Both the position numbers and the translations under genes were made by a program. Shown here piece by piece: positions 9,369 to 18,445 of a DNA stretch of 60,943 nucleotides. Source of the DNA: a virus (taxonomy: Duplodnaviria; Caudoviricetes); the IMG/VR virus record IMGVR_UViG_3300037483_000373, positions 1 through 60,943 of that record. One strand, given 5' to 3'. The notes under the pieces are model-generated. The model had not been told where the DNA came from. It saw only the letters and a list, made by a program, of their open reading frames with translations, and searched no databases. Within the stretch, counting starts at the first letter, position 1; the number at the start of each line of letters is the position of its first letter.

Positions 9369-9553
9369 TGGCCAGAAGATGCGCATCGTGCGACGGGATC
9401 CTCGGAGTCGACTGCTTCAACGAATCCGAGTGCCTGCGGATCGAGTACCAGCAAGAGCAGGACAGACGACGGCACCAGGAACAGCGGATTGCCGACCTGG
9501 AGGAACGAACCAGAGAGCCGGAGTCCACAGCAGGGGAAGGAGCGCCGTTCTGA
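9368..9553 (+). CDS. Hypothetical protein
   Basis: SD GGAAGGAG, TGATG coupling. Confidence 0.55.
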   Translation: MARRCASCDGILGVDCFNESECLRIEYQQEQDRRRHQEQRIADLEERTREPESTAGEGAPF

Positions 9554-9801
9554 TGGGCAACGCCGTAGACACCGCCAAAGAGCTGCTCTTCTCCCTCGTG
9601 TGGGTCGGCAGCTCGGCCTACCACCACGAGAACGCCCTGCGCATCCTAGAAGGCTTCGGGGCCGCGGACTGGAAGGCGGTGCTTGAGGAGTTCGTCCGCT
9701 TGCGCGACAAGAAGCCGGGACTAGGGGACCCGCGCCTGATCACCGGAACCGAGGATTGGGCGGACGCGCGTCACCTTGACAGACTAGCGCCGCTAGGCTA
9801 G
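9553..9801 (+). CDS. Hypothetical protein
   Basis: SD GGAAGGAG, TGATG coupling. Confidence 0.55.
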   Translation: MGNAVDTAKELLFSLVWVGSSAYHHENALRILEGFGAADWKAVLEEFVRLRDKKPGLGDPRLITGTEDWADARHLDRLAPLG

Positions 9802-9804
9802 ACT
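9776..9804 (+). promoter_or_regulatory. Motif promoter P2
   Basis: TTGACAGACTAGC; TTGACA-17-TAGACT. Confidence 0.75.
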
Positions 9805-9838
9805 TGCTCAGGCGAGAGGGAAGCAAAGGACACTGCAC

Positions 9839-10189
9839 ATGAAAGACACCGATACCACCGATACCACCGATACCAGGCCACGGCGCCTATCGCACTTCAT
9901 CCTGAGCCCGCTTGGCAGGATCCGCGAAAGCGCTGGATACTCCCAGGACCAGGTAGCGCGGGCGCTCGTAGAAGGCGTGAAGTTGCCAGGCTCTGGCGAG
10001 CGCCTGCCCGGGCCGATGGAGAAGTGTTCGCGCTCATCCTGGTCAGGGATGGAGCGCGGACTGTTCAAGATCGACGGCACGGGGTACGGTGTGGACTTAC
10101 GCCCGTTCCTGTCCAAGATCTTCTCGACTCCGCCGATCAAGCTCATGGCTGCGTGGGAAGCGGCGAGGGACGGAGTACGCGGTGGCTGA
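9839..10189 (+). CDS. XRE-family HTH regulator with an insertion in the HTH
   Basis: LGRIRESAGYSQDQVARAL...CSRSSWSGMERG. Confidence 0.65.
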   Translation: MKDTDTTDTTDTRPRRLSHFILSPLGRIRESAGYSQDQVARALVEGVKLPGSGERLPGPMEKCSRSSWSGMERGLFKIDGTGYGVDLRPFLSKIFSTPPIKLMAAWEAARDGVRGG

Positions 10190-10427
10190 GTTCATCGCCT
10201 GGGTGCTCGTCGTAGTCTTCGGAGCTGGATCCGCCATCGCCTTGGCCGGTAGCGGGCATATGAGCCTCGCCTGGGGCTCTACGCTGTCCACAGCGGCCTT
10301 TCTCGCCGGAACCTGGTACCTACCCTCCCGAGCCGGCAGAGGCGCTCTAAGCCTGCCTGAGTGGCTCCTGACGCTGTCTGGTGCTGCCGGGTGGCTGGCG
10401 TGCTGGGTGTGGAGCTTGAAGCCGTGA
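10182..10427 (+). CDS. Small membrane protein
   Basis: Three hydrophobic segments. Confidence 0.55.
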   Translation: MAEFIAWVLVVVFGAGSAIALAGSGHMSLAWGSTLSTAAFLAGTWYLPSRAGRGALSLPEWLLTLSGAAGWLACWVWSLKP

Positions 10428-10600
10428 AGAAGAATTTTGACATAGACGGCCTGCTCGACAAGCTGTCAAATCCGACCGATAGTAGGTGCAAGCTGTGCGG
10501 AGGGCAACTGAGCGAACACCGGATGGTGACGAACACGCCAGGCAGGACGTTCGGCGGCCGAGGCATGCCGCACTACTTCGTTTCGAAGAGTTCCACGTGA
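10424..10600 (+). CDS. Small hypothetical protein
   Basis: GTGA coupling, CxxC..H motif. Confidence 0.45.
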   Translation: MKKNFDIDGLLDKLSNPTDSRCKLCGGQLSEHRMVTNTPGRTFGGRGMPHYFVSKSST

Positions 10601-10604
10601 AACG
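10589..10604. promoter_or_regulatory. parS-like site
   Basis: aGTTCCACGTGAAACg, 14/16 match to TGTTNCACGTGAAACA. Confidence 0.55.
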
Positions 10605-10699
10605 TACAAGACACGGCACTCCAGGAGGCGGCAATGGCTCCGGTGTCACGAGTCGTGTCGGTGGGGCGTAATTGGGGTTAGAGAAAGGAGCCGCAGGTT

Positions 10700-10975
10700 A
10701 TGAGAGGCGAGATTCGATCAGAAAAGGCCGTCGCAGGACGCCAAACCTCAAGCGTGCTGTGGCCCGGAGCCATGGGTTACGTATGCGTGACGCTGCAAGG
10801 GTTTGTTATAGCTACGGTCTGCGACCGGAAATGCGACCTGGAGATCGTTCTGGCTGGTCGCAGGTACCGTACAAGACACAAGCTCCGGGAGGAGCCGACG
10901 TTCACCGGCGTGGTGAGGATGGCGGGGCGTTTCGCGAGTGAAGCAGCTGCCCTGGCCGAGGTCTGGAGTAAGTAG
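10700..10975 (+). CDS. Hypothetical protein, paralogue family member 1
   Basis: GRRYR...TGVVRMAGRFA; SD AAAGGAG. Confidence 0.65.
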   Translation: MRGEIRSEKAVAGRQTSSVLWPGAMGYVCVTLQGFVIATVCDRKCDLEIVLAGRRYRTRHKLREEPTFTGVVRMAGRFASEAAALAEVWSK

Positions 10976-11061
10976 CTAGCTAGAACCGCGCCGGCACGGC
11001 GCATGAACAAGTCAAGGAAGAAGCGGTTCGAAACGATCCTCCTTAGGCGAAAAGGAGTGTC

Positions 11062-11697
11062 ATGGACAGTTCGGAACCTCATGCGAGACCCTGGAACCAA
11101 GAAACCCACATGCCAAGACCTAAGATAGCGAAGCCCTGCAAGCTCTGCGGAGAGCTGCTCACCTGCAACGAGGCAAAGCACGCGGCCGACTCTTGCGGCG
11201 CCAAGCTCCGCTCCTACGCGAGGAATCACGGGCCAGAGTTCTACCGCCTGTGCCCAGAGGCCCCAGGGTGGAAGACTGACCACGAGGGGCAGGGAAAGTG
11301 TAAGAGGCATGGTGGCCTAACTCCGTCGAAGCACGGCCTCTACTCCTCGATCCAGCGCCCCAGGCTTCAGGAGATCATCAAGGAGATTCAGGAATCGGGT
11401 GCCGACCCTTTCGACTTGGTGCCGGAGATCGAGCTTTTACGGGCCCATATCCGCGACTATCACGAGCGATGCGAGGGGGAGCCGGAGGCTGAGGCAGTGT
11501 CCATGCTGATCGATCGCACCTCCAAGGTGATCGAGCGAGCCGCGAAGGTGCGGGACAACTCGCCTTTGACGATCGAGTCGGTGTCGCGCAGCTACGAAGG
11601 CATGGCTCAGATCGTTGCGAAGAGATGCGGAGAGGCAGGCCAGCATGAGCTAGCCTCCAAGATCCTCGCCGACTGGCAGAAGATCCCGGTGGGCTAG
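11062..11697 (+). CDS. terS: Terminase small subunit (HGGxSTG-type)
   Basis: C..HGG.TP.KHGLYS, EIELLRA. Confidence 0.7.
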   Translation: MDSSEPHARPWNQETHMPRPKIAKPCKLCGELLTCNEAKHAADSCGAKLRSYARNHGPEFYRLCPEAPGWKTDHEGQGKCKRHGGLTPSKHGLYSSIQRPRLQEIIKEIQESGADPFDLVPEIELLRAHIRDYHERCEGEPEAEAVSMLIDRTSKVIERAAKVRDNSPLTIESVSRSYEGMAQIVAKRCGEAGQHELASKILADWQKIPVG

Positions 11698-11903
11698 TAC
11701 AGCAGCACGACCGGATGTCGCAGGCAGGCGTCTGTAGCGGTAGCCACTCCGCCGCATATGCAGCAGGCAGAGGACGGGACCCGTCCTCTGCTCGGTCGTC
11801 TCCAGCCTGGATCTACTCACGATTTCGGTATCCCGACTCCGCGTAGACCCGAGACTCGTTCAGATTGTGACGGTTCGAGTCGATGTAGCGCTGGCACGCC
11901 TGC

Positions 11904-12143
11904 TTACGCTCCGAATCCATGGGCGTAGACAGCCAGGACCATCCGAGCAAGCGCCTTCGCCTCGTCGAGAGCGTCACACGCGATCTCGGCCGTGTACATG
12001 ACCTCGCCGGCGACGACCACCTCCAGTGCGTCCGGACCTTCTTCGTAGCCCCCAAGATCCGCCGTCCTCACCTCCACGCCGTCTGCGATTTTGATCGTGA
12101 TCCTCACCTCCACGCCGTCTGCGATTTTGATCGTGATGCTCAT
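11904..12143 (-). CDS. Hypothetical protein with 12-aa tandem duplication
   Basis: SD GGAGG; ITIKIADGVEVR x2 (36-bp tandem at 12065-12136). Confidence 0.55.
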   Translation of the reverse strand: MSITIKIADGVEVRITIKIADGVEVRTADLGGYEEGPDALEVVVAGEVMYTAEIACDALDEAKALARMVLAVYAHGFGA

Positions 12144-12397
12144 TGCCTTCCTCCATCGTTGATCAGTTGATCGCACTCTTCGGCGGTGAGCACGAGCCCG
12201 CCGGTGTACGCGGCGACACCGCGCAAGAAGGCGACGTGCACCCCGCCACATCCCAGAGCCTTGGAGCGCGCCTGGGCGGCGGCGCGCAGCCGGTCTTGCT
12301 CCGCACGCTCCAGGCGATCCTTTTCCTTTGCCGTTTCACGCTTCTTCGAACACTGGTTCTCCAGGCTCTTCATCTCGGTTCTCCGTGGTTGGTTCAT
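12140..12397 (-). CDS. Hypothetical protein
   Basis: Downstream of the minus arm of P3; coupled to next ORF. Confidence 0.5.
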   Translation of the reverse strand: MNQPRRTEMKSLENQCSKKRETAKEKDRLERAEQDRLRAAAQARSKALGCGGVHVAFLRGVAAYTGGLVLTAEECDQLINDGGRQ

Positions 12398-12463
12398 GAG
12401 TCGGCGCGGGTGGCGGCGCGGCGACGAGACGCCATGCCAGGTCAGTTATCCTCCAACAATCCA

Positions 12464-12506
12464 AGCCTACCATAGATTTGACAGGCTGACAAGTGTGTGG
12501 CATACT
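12464..12506. promoter_or_regulatory. Motif promoter P3, bidirectional
   Basis: + TTGACA(12478)-17-CATACT; - TTGTCA(12492)-17-TAGGCT, both from TTGACAGGCTGACAA. Confidence 0.8.
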
Positions 12507-12643
12507 GAGCGAAGGCGAGGCTGATAGGACAGCCGGCGTGGCCAAGTGCCTGTCCGGAACCGCGGCCAGGGAGCGGCGAGGACTACTGAACACTTCGCCG
12601 CTCCCGAGTACTTCACTCCACCGAGAGATAGGAGAGAGACGCT

Positions 12644-13228
12644 ATGAACATGAGCGATAAAGTCGAAGCCCTGAGGGCGGCTGAAGCCCTGATCAAGGAA
12701 TGGGCTTGGGAGTGTACGATTTGCGAAGAGCGCCTTTGCTTCGAGTGGGCGTTCTGCCCATGGTGCGGGGAAGAGTGCTCGACGATCGTGTTTGATGGCG
12801 TAGAGCACCAGGTAGAGCATGAAGCCGTGCCGGCGATCTCGATAGAGTCAATCGAGGACTGCGCGCCGGGTTTCCCCAGGCTGCCCGATGACCTGCCCGA
12901 TGGATTCGGCAGGCGTGAGATATCGGAGTTTTACGAAGGCGCGGAGATGTACCGCGCGGGTCGCGCTGGCAGCGACTGCTCAACGGAAGCCATGTGGCTT
13001 GGCTGGAAAGCAGAGTGCGAACGTTTGCGATTACCGGACAGCATCCCCACGCCAGTCATCCTTGGAGCCAAGGACGGGCGGGACACTCAGGATTTCCTCG
13101 ACGGGCAGAGGGACAGGAGAGACGGATACGACTTCAACCCCACGCAGCCCACAACCTGGCAGCTCGGATGGCTTGCGCAAGACTACTACTACGCAACAGG
13201 GCGGAAGCTCCCACAAGGAGGTAGGTAG
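12644..13228 (+). CDS. Hypothetical Zn-ribbon protein
   Basis: CxxC...CPxCG; SD AGGAGA. Confidence 0.6.
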   Translation: MNMSDKVEALRAAEALIKEWAWECTICEERLCFEWAFCPWCGEECSTIVFDGVEHQVEHEAVPAISIESIEDCAPGFPRLPDDLPDGFGRREISEFYEGAEMYRAGRAGSDCSTEAMWLGWKAECERLRLPDSIPTPVILGAKDGRDTQDFLDGQRDRRDGYDFNPTQPTTWQLGWLAQDYYYATGRKLPQGGR

Positions 13229-13471
13229 ATGGCAACGCTCAAACAGGTAGGAGAGCCGGAATACGAACTGACCATGAACCAAGAGGAGCTGGACGTGCTT
13301 ACGTTTGTGTTGGGGCAAGTTGCAGGGCCTGCGGATGGCCCGAGAGGCACCGTTGCGAAGATCAGCGCCGCGCTCGAAATCGTGCGAACGTACGAGATGG
13401 TGCGTAGGCGATTCTTGGCGAGAGTGGCCAGTGATCGCGGCGTATTGATCATTGAGGATCGACTTCCATGA
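13229..13471 (+). CDS. Hypothetical protein
   Basis: SD AAGGAGGT. Confidence 0.6.
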   Translation: MATLKQVGEPEYELTMNQEELDVLTFVLGQVAGPADGPRGTVAKISAALEIVRTYEMVRRRFLARVASDRGVLIIEDRLP

Positions 13472-14262
13472 TCATCTCAATAGACGCCGACCACATGGTC
13501 TACCGCCACCCGGACACGCTCGCAGATGACACCGAGAAGCTCCAGGCGCTCTACGACGAGAACCGCGTGATCCTGCGGATAGGCGGAGTCTTACGGCGTG
13601 CCGAAGTCTACGATTGGGTGGGCAACTCGAAACACCCGGTAAGCTTCCCTCTCGGCTGGTGCCGTGTGGACGACTACGGCGCTCGGTTCGTTGAAGACTC
13701 CAGGGGTCTAGCCGAGGCGATACGGAAGTACAACGAAGGTATCGATCAGGAGCTGAGAGAACGCGACGCGTGGGCCCGTGATGCGGCACCGGTTGCGGAT
13801 GCCGTAGACAGGGCCAACATGTTGGAGCCGTTCCGTGAGGTGCTGACGGAGCTTCACAGGCGCGCGGAAGCTGAGGCGCAGGGGTCGAACCGCAGGCTTG
13901 TCTACCTGACTTCAGGCAGGCTGCTCGAAGCCGCTATCGAGAGGGCAGAGAGCCTTACATCCCTCGCCTCGGTCGAACAAGTGAACGAGGCCCTCAGGCT
14001 GATATCTCAGGTAGAGCCCGCTCTGCGCGTGGCAGCAGCGGGCCGGATTGGCTGGAAAGCAGAGTGCGAACGTTTGCGAGCGCGCGTTGCGGAGCTGGAG
14101 GGGGAGGCGGAGGATTGGAAGCGAGTCAGGAAGCGAGTCAGCTTGGATCTCGAAGCCTTGATGTCGGCCCTTGGCTTTCAGTGGTCGGCCCTTGGCTTTC
14201 AGTGGGAGATCGATGAGGCTCGCAGAGACCTACTCCCAAGAAAGGGAACGAATACCGATTGA
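13468..14262 (+). CDS. Hypothetical coiled-coil protein (mosaic)
   Basis: Coupled at both ends; contains duplicated patches. Confidence 0.6.
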   Translation: MIISIDADHMVYRHPDTLADDTEKLQALYDENRVILRIGGVLRRAEVYDWVGNSKHPVSFPLGWCRVDDYGARFVEDSRGLAEAIRKYNEGIDQELRERDAWARDAAPVADAVDRANMLEPFREVLTELHRRAEAEAQGSNRRLVYLTSGRLLEAAIERAESLTSLASVEQVNEALRLISQVEPALRVAAAGRIGWKAECERLRARVAELEGEAEDWKRVRKRVSLDLEALMSALGFQWSALGFQWEIDEARRDLLPRKGTNTD

Positions 14263-15725
14263 ACACCCTCGGAGACCTACTCAGCGGCAAGACCTCGAAA
14301 GAGCCGGAGCGCTTCGCTCCGCTTGCCGCTGCATGTAGCACGCTCACGGCAGAACTGAGCAGGTTCGAAGCGGCACTCGTGTCGAGATCTCCAGGCGCGT
14401 TGATGGATTCCCTGCCTGAGTTCGCGGAGCCTTCCTGGGCCTGTTGGCGGGAGATCGTGTCCGAGGTGACCGACGAGACCCGCGAGGTGTGGGTGATCTG
14501 CGGCCGAGGGGCAGGCAAGTCCCGGGTAACCTCGGTGATTGCGGCATCCTACGCGTCGAGGACCTACAAGCGCGTGGCCGGAGAGAAGATCTTCGTCCAG
14601 GTGATCGCTCCGGATAGGCGGCAGGCGAAGATCACGTTCTCCTACATCTCCGGGCTCATCAGCGAGCACCCGGATCTGTTTCCGGGGGTAACGCACTCCC
14701 TACGCGAGTCGATGGAGCTGTCGAACGGCGTGGTGGTCGAGGTGGGCACTGCGTCCGTCGCTGCGCCTCGTGGCCGGTCCTACGCCTGTGTCCTGCTGGA
14801 GGAGGCTGCATTCCTGCCACAGGACGAGTCAGCGAACCCTGACACGGAGATTCTTCGCGCCCTGCGCCCTGGCTTGGCTCGTGTCCCTGGTTCGATCCTG
14901 TGCGTCCTCTCGTCGCCGTATGCCAGGAAAGGCGAGCTGTACCGAGCCTATGAGAAGTACCACCTGCACGCGCCTAAGGATGTGGTGTTCGTCAAGGCGC
15001 CTACGCTGGAGCTGAACCCGAGCTTCGACGCCTCTGCGATCGAAAAAGCCATGGAAGATGACCCGGCAGGTGCGCGTGCTGAATATCTGGCCGAGTTCAG
15101 GACCGATGTCGAATCGTTCGTGTCCATCGAGTCTGTCAGGGCCTGCGTGATCCCCGGCAGGACGGAGCTAGCGCCAGCAGGCATGGTGGATCGGAAGATG
15201 ACGACCTACCACGCGTTCACCGATCCTTCAGGCGGGTCTCAGGACTCGTTCACCCTGGCCATCGGGCACCTAGAAGAACGAGGCGGTCAGAGCATAGGAG
15301 TTATCGACGCGGTGCGCGAAACCCGGCCCAAGTTCTCACCTGACAGTGTGGTGGCCGAGTACTGCGACCTGTTGCGCAGTTATGGGATAAAAACGGTGGT
15401 GGGCGACAGGTACGGAGGAGAGTGGCCGGTAGAGGTGTTCTCTAGGCATGGCGTTATCTACTCACAGAGCGCAAAGGTGAAGTCTGACATCTACCGAGAC
15501 TGCTTGCCGCTCATCAACGCGAAGCGTGCCGAGCTGATCGACAGTCGCCGACTCGTGGATCAGTTCGTCGGGCTTGAGCGCAGGGTAGCCAGGGGCGGCA
15601 AGGACAGCATTGACCACGGCACCGGCGGGCACGACGACGTGGTCAACGTAGTGGCTGGGGTGCTGGTCGAGATGCTCACCGGAAAACCCAAGGTCAGCGC
15701 GGTGTGGGGGCGGAGTCGGGGTTAG
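14259..15725 (+). CDS. terL: Terminase large subunit
   Basis: Walker A GRGAGKS, APDRRQA, RG, Walker B VLLEE, SSP, AEY.AEF, nuclease AFTDPSGG and HDD. Confidence 0.93.
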   Translation: MNTLGDLLSGKTSKEPERFAPLAAACSTLTAELSRFEAALVSRSPGALMDSLPEFAEPSWACWREIVSEVTDETREVWVICGRGAGKSRVTSVIAASYASRTYKRVAGEKIFVQVIAPDRRQAKITFSYISGLISEHPDLFPGVTHSLRESMELSNGVVVEVGTASVAAPRGRSYACVLLEEAAFLPQDESANPDTEILRALRPGLARVPGSILCVLSSPYARKGELYRAYEKYHLHAPKDVVFVKAPTLELNPSFDASAIEKAMEDDPAGARAEYLAEFRTDVESFVSIESVRACVIPGRTELAPAGMVDRKMTTYHAFTDPSGGSQDSFTLAIGHLEERGGQSIGVIDAVRETRPKFSPDSVVAEYCDLLRSYGIKTVVGDRYGGEWPVEVFSRHGVIYSQSAKVKSDIYRDCLPLINAKRAELIDSRRLVDQFVGLERRVARGGKDSIDHGTGGHDDVVNVVAGVLVEMLTGKPKVSAVWGRSRG

Positions 15726-15825
15726 CACTTGACCTCGACCACGTACGTCTCGCCATCGATCTCGATGCTGATGCTGGAGTACATACCAGGCTCAGGCAGT
15801 CCGATCGCGTCGCGTACTCCGCGTT

Positions 15826-16167
15826 TCAGGAATCCCAGAAGCTAATTCCGTCTATGGCAACAGGATCTCCACACTTGATGCTATCTCGCCATCTCTCGGC
15901 AACTGCCAGCGCAGCGAACTTTCCAGCCATTCTGGCAACGCCTGTTTTGGTCGGCATGCGGCGGAGCTTGTTACTCACCCTGTAGCGCCTGCCTCCAAGG
16001 ATGATTTCCATCCTGTAACGGGGTTTCCGTTTGTTACTCCATGTCGTGTCTACTACGAACACCTTGACGAACCCATTGCGAGTCGCAATCCAGTGCTCCT
16101 GGGCGCCATCCCACGGATGGAAGACACACTCCCACGATGTTACCGCCTTCTCCGAGTAGATCTTCAT
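15826..16167 (-). CDS. Hypothetical protein, paralogue family member 2
   Basis: GGRRYR...TGVARMAGKFA. Confidence 0.65.
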   Translation of the reverse strand: MKIYSEKAVTSWECVFHPWDGAQEHWIATRNGFVKVFVVDTTWSNKRKPRYRMEIILGGRRYRVSNKLRRMPTKTGVARMAGKFAALAVAERWRDSIKCGDPVAIDGISFWDS

Positions 16168-16418
16168 CTCTCGTTCCCTTTACGCTCTGCGATGTTGATC
16201 AAGCAGTCTGCCTGATTCCACCCAACACGGAACGATTCGATGACCTCCATTCGGTTCGCGCGGTTCACGTGTTTGTGGTACACGTCCACTGGCATACCCA
16301 TCTCTCGGCAGTACCAGCCGGCCAAGAACGGCCCGATCCTCGGTATGCATTCACCGAGATTTTTCCATTCCTGACAGATTACCTGCCATCTCATAAGCGC
16401 TTGGTCGATGGTCGTCAA
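16164..16418 (-). CDS. Hypothetical protein
   Basis: SD AGGAGAGG; ATGA coupling. Confidence 0.55.
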   Translation of the reverse strand: MTTIDQALMRWQVICQEWKNLGECIPRIGPFLAGWYCREMGMPVDVYHKHVNRANRMEVIESFRVGWNQADCLINIAERKGNER

Positions 16419-16528
16419 GACGCCTCTCCTTCCGTAAAGCTAGACCGTGACACTGGTACCATCGAATAACCGCACTCGCACACCCTGTCGCCAGCCATTG
16501 GCTTCGGCCCATGGCCAAATCTTCCGCA

Positions 16529-17140
16529 CTACGTGTGCACGAAGTGCGTCGGCTCTTCCTCCTCTTCCTCCTCTTCCTGTTGACCTGCGCTGGCCATGGC
16601 GAATTTTCCATCGCGCCAACACACTGGGTCTTTGCCGTCAGTAGCTTCATTGAACTCGTCGATCGCATCAACCAGCCAATCAGGAGATTCCCCGCCCTCT
16701 GGCAAGTCATCTGCGAAGTCTTCAATCTCCAGTCTTCGCAGATGAACCGGATCGCACAACACTAGGCGCAGGTCGACATCACTGTCTAGACCGAGGCATT
16801 CCGCTTCGTCTAGAGCATCTCCAGGTGTGCTGAAAAATTCATCGAGAACCTGCGAGAACACCATCTGCTCGCCGTCCCACTCTTTGCGCGGCATGGCCTC
16901 CCACCGCTTGGTGTCTCGCTTCTCCCAGCAGTCGACGCAAACCGTGAGGCCACGTTTCTTGACGGGGCTGCCGCAGTCCTCGCACCGCACGTGAGTGGCC
17001 CCAGCCCATCTGGCTACTTGCTCTTCCTCCCCGTAGAAGTGGCCACGGCGAGACACCCATCCGTCTACGGATTGATAGCTAGCCGCCTCGTCTGAATCAG
17101 GCAAGACTACTAGGTCTGTTTCGAGTTCTGCGGTGGTCAC
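16529..17140 (-). CDS. Acidic phage hypothetical protein with CxxC pairs
   Basis: SD AAAGGAG; GWVSRRG.FYG..E..ARW.GATH..C. Confidence 0.65.
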   Translation of the reverse strand: MTTAELETDLVVLPDSDEAASYQSVDGWVSRRGHFYGEEEQVARWAGATHVRCEDCGSPVKKRGLTVCVDCWEKRDTKRWEAMPRKEWDGEQMVFSQVLDEFFSTPGDALDEAECLGLDSDVDLRLVLCDPVHLRRLEIEDFADDLPEGGESPDWLVDAIDEFNEATDGKDPVCWRDGKFAMASAGQQEEEEEEEEPTHFVHT

Positions 17141-17407
17141 GTCAGATCTCCTTTCGCGCCATTTCTGGCGTTGTCAGTCAGTAGTTACGAGTCCCATAGC
17201 CATCGTTCGTTGACCAGATTCTTGCCCTTCTGATCGTATTGGTAGCAGGCTACCGAGCCGCGGTGCTTCGCGTCATCCCTGGCCTCGGACTCCGTATCAC
17301 AAACACAAACACAGGCCACTGAGGCGCCGTGTCCGTCTTCATAATGATCGCGCTTCGTGTGCTCATGTGATTCTCTCCGGTGCGGTTGGTTTCTCTCGAC
17401 AACTGAG

Positions 17408-17483
17408 ATCGTATCAGGTGAGCGACAGCCTGTCAAGTGTTAGGGGCAAGATACTTGACCACCTGCCGGATATTTGCTAGGCT
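17408..17483. promoter_or_regulatory. Motif promoter P4 (-) and divergent leaderless promoter (+)
   Basis: - TTGACAGGCTGTCG, TTGACA(17436)-17-TACGAT; + TTGACC(17455)-17-TAGGCT-6 nt-ATG(17490). Confidence 0.75.
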
Positions 17484-17700
17484 GTCGGTATGAGATACAA
17501 GCTTCTAGTGCTAGCCCTGTTTGCCCTTGCCGCGGTGCTAGTGGCTCGGTCCTACGGAGACTCGGTACGCGTGCTCCAGCGCTCCCCGTCTAGGGCGTCC
17601 TGCATCGGGCTCGGTGGACTGCGCTCGGCCGAGCCATGGACCAGGCAGGCGTTCAATTTACAAGGCTTGCAGATATTCCAACCACTGACAGGAGAACTCC

Positions 17701-18129
17701 ATGAGACCCTCAATGCCCGCAGACCGAGATTGGCTGAGAAGCAAACGCACATCACGAGGCGCCTGGCGATGGATGCTCGCCGTCATCGCTACCGGGGCAG
17801 CGTACGGGCTGTCCATCAACCTCGACGGAGCGGTGCCGCCTGCCAGCCTGCACGAGATCGCCAGAGTTTGGCACCTGTTCGTGGCGCTCTCAGCGGTCAC
17901 CTACGCCGCGTACCTCCCTATCTGTGGCTCGCGGTACCAGACGGCGTTCAAGTCTGCCCTAGCGCTACTCGCCATCGGTCCAGGCATCAACTGGCTCATC
18001 TTCTTCGCCACCAGCGGAGAGATGCACGCGCGCGGTCTCGATCTGTCCGGCGGGTTGTCTCTCGCGGTGCTGGCGACCAACGGGCTCGGCGTGGTGCTTC
18101 TCACCTGGGTTGCCTGGAGTCAGAAGTAA
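17701..18129 (+). CDS. Four-helix membrane protein
   Basis: SD AGGAG; four hydrophobic segments. Confidence 0.65.
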   Translation: MRPSMPADRDWLRSKRTSRGAWRWMLAVIATGAAYGLSINLDGAVPPASLHEIARVWHLFVALSAVTYAAYLPICGSRYQTAFKSALALLAIGPGINWLIFFATSGEMHARGLDLSGGLSLAVLATNGLGVVLLTWVAWSQK

Positions 18130-18196
18130 CTAGGAGGCAGCGTGTTTGATCGGAGTCGGGGTGTGCATCGTGATTTTGGTCGTATACCTTCGGTTC

Positions 18197-18445
18197 CTAA
18201 CCTTGAACCCTGTGATTCGCGACAACAACCCAGGCTTGTAGGGGGCTGAGCATAGGTCGATCAGATCGCGCACCTCTTCGAGGCTTGCGTCGCCTCCTGG
18301 TTGCGACCTTGGCTATCACGTACACATCGCCGGCTGATATAGCCTTCCGGCAAATGACGCAGCGCCGCCTGATTCCGCGCTTGCTCTTCTTGCGAACGGC
18401 TATTTCGCAGGGTCGCCAGTCGATCCAGGCTTCAGCGGGGGTCAT
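18197..18445 (-). CDS. Basic hypothetical protein
   Basis: RRCVICRKAISAGDVY; ATGA coupling. Confidence 0.5.
   Translation of the reverse strand: MTPAEAWIDWRPCEIAVRKKSKRGIRRRCVICRKAISAGDVYVIAKVATRRRRKPRRGARSDRPMLSPLQAWVVVANHRVQG

Noticed and set aside
10456-10468. CGACA-AGC-TGTCA motif copy as promoter
   Set aside because: Intragenic with only weak -10 candidates; not counted
17490-18149. 219-aa protein as a real full-length CDS
   Set aside because: Only the leaderless signal-peptide start looks genuine; the rest overlaps the better 17701-18129 membrane gene
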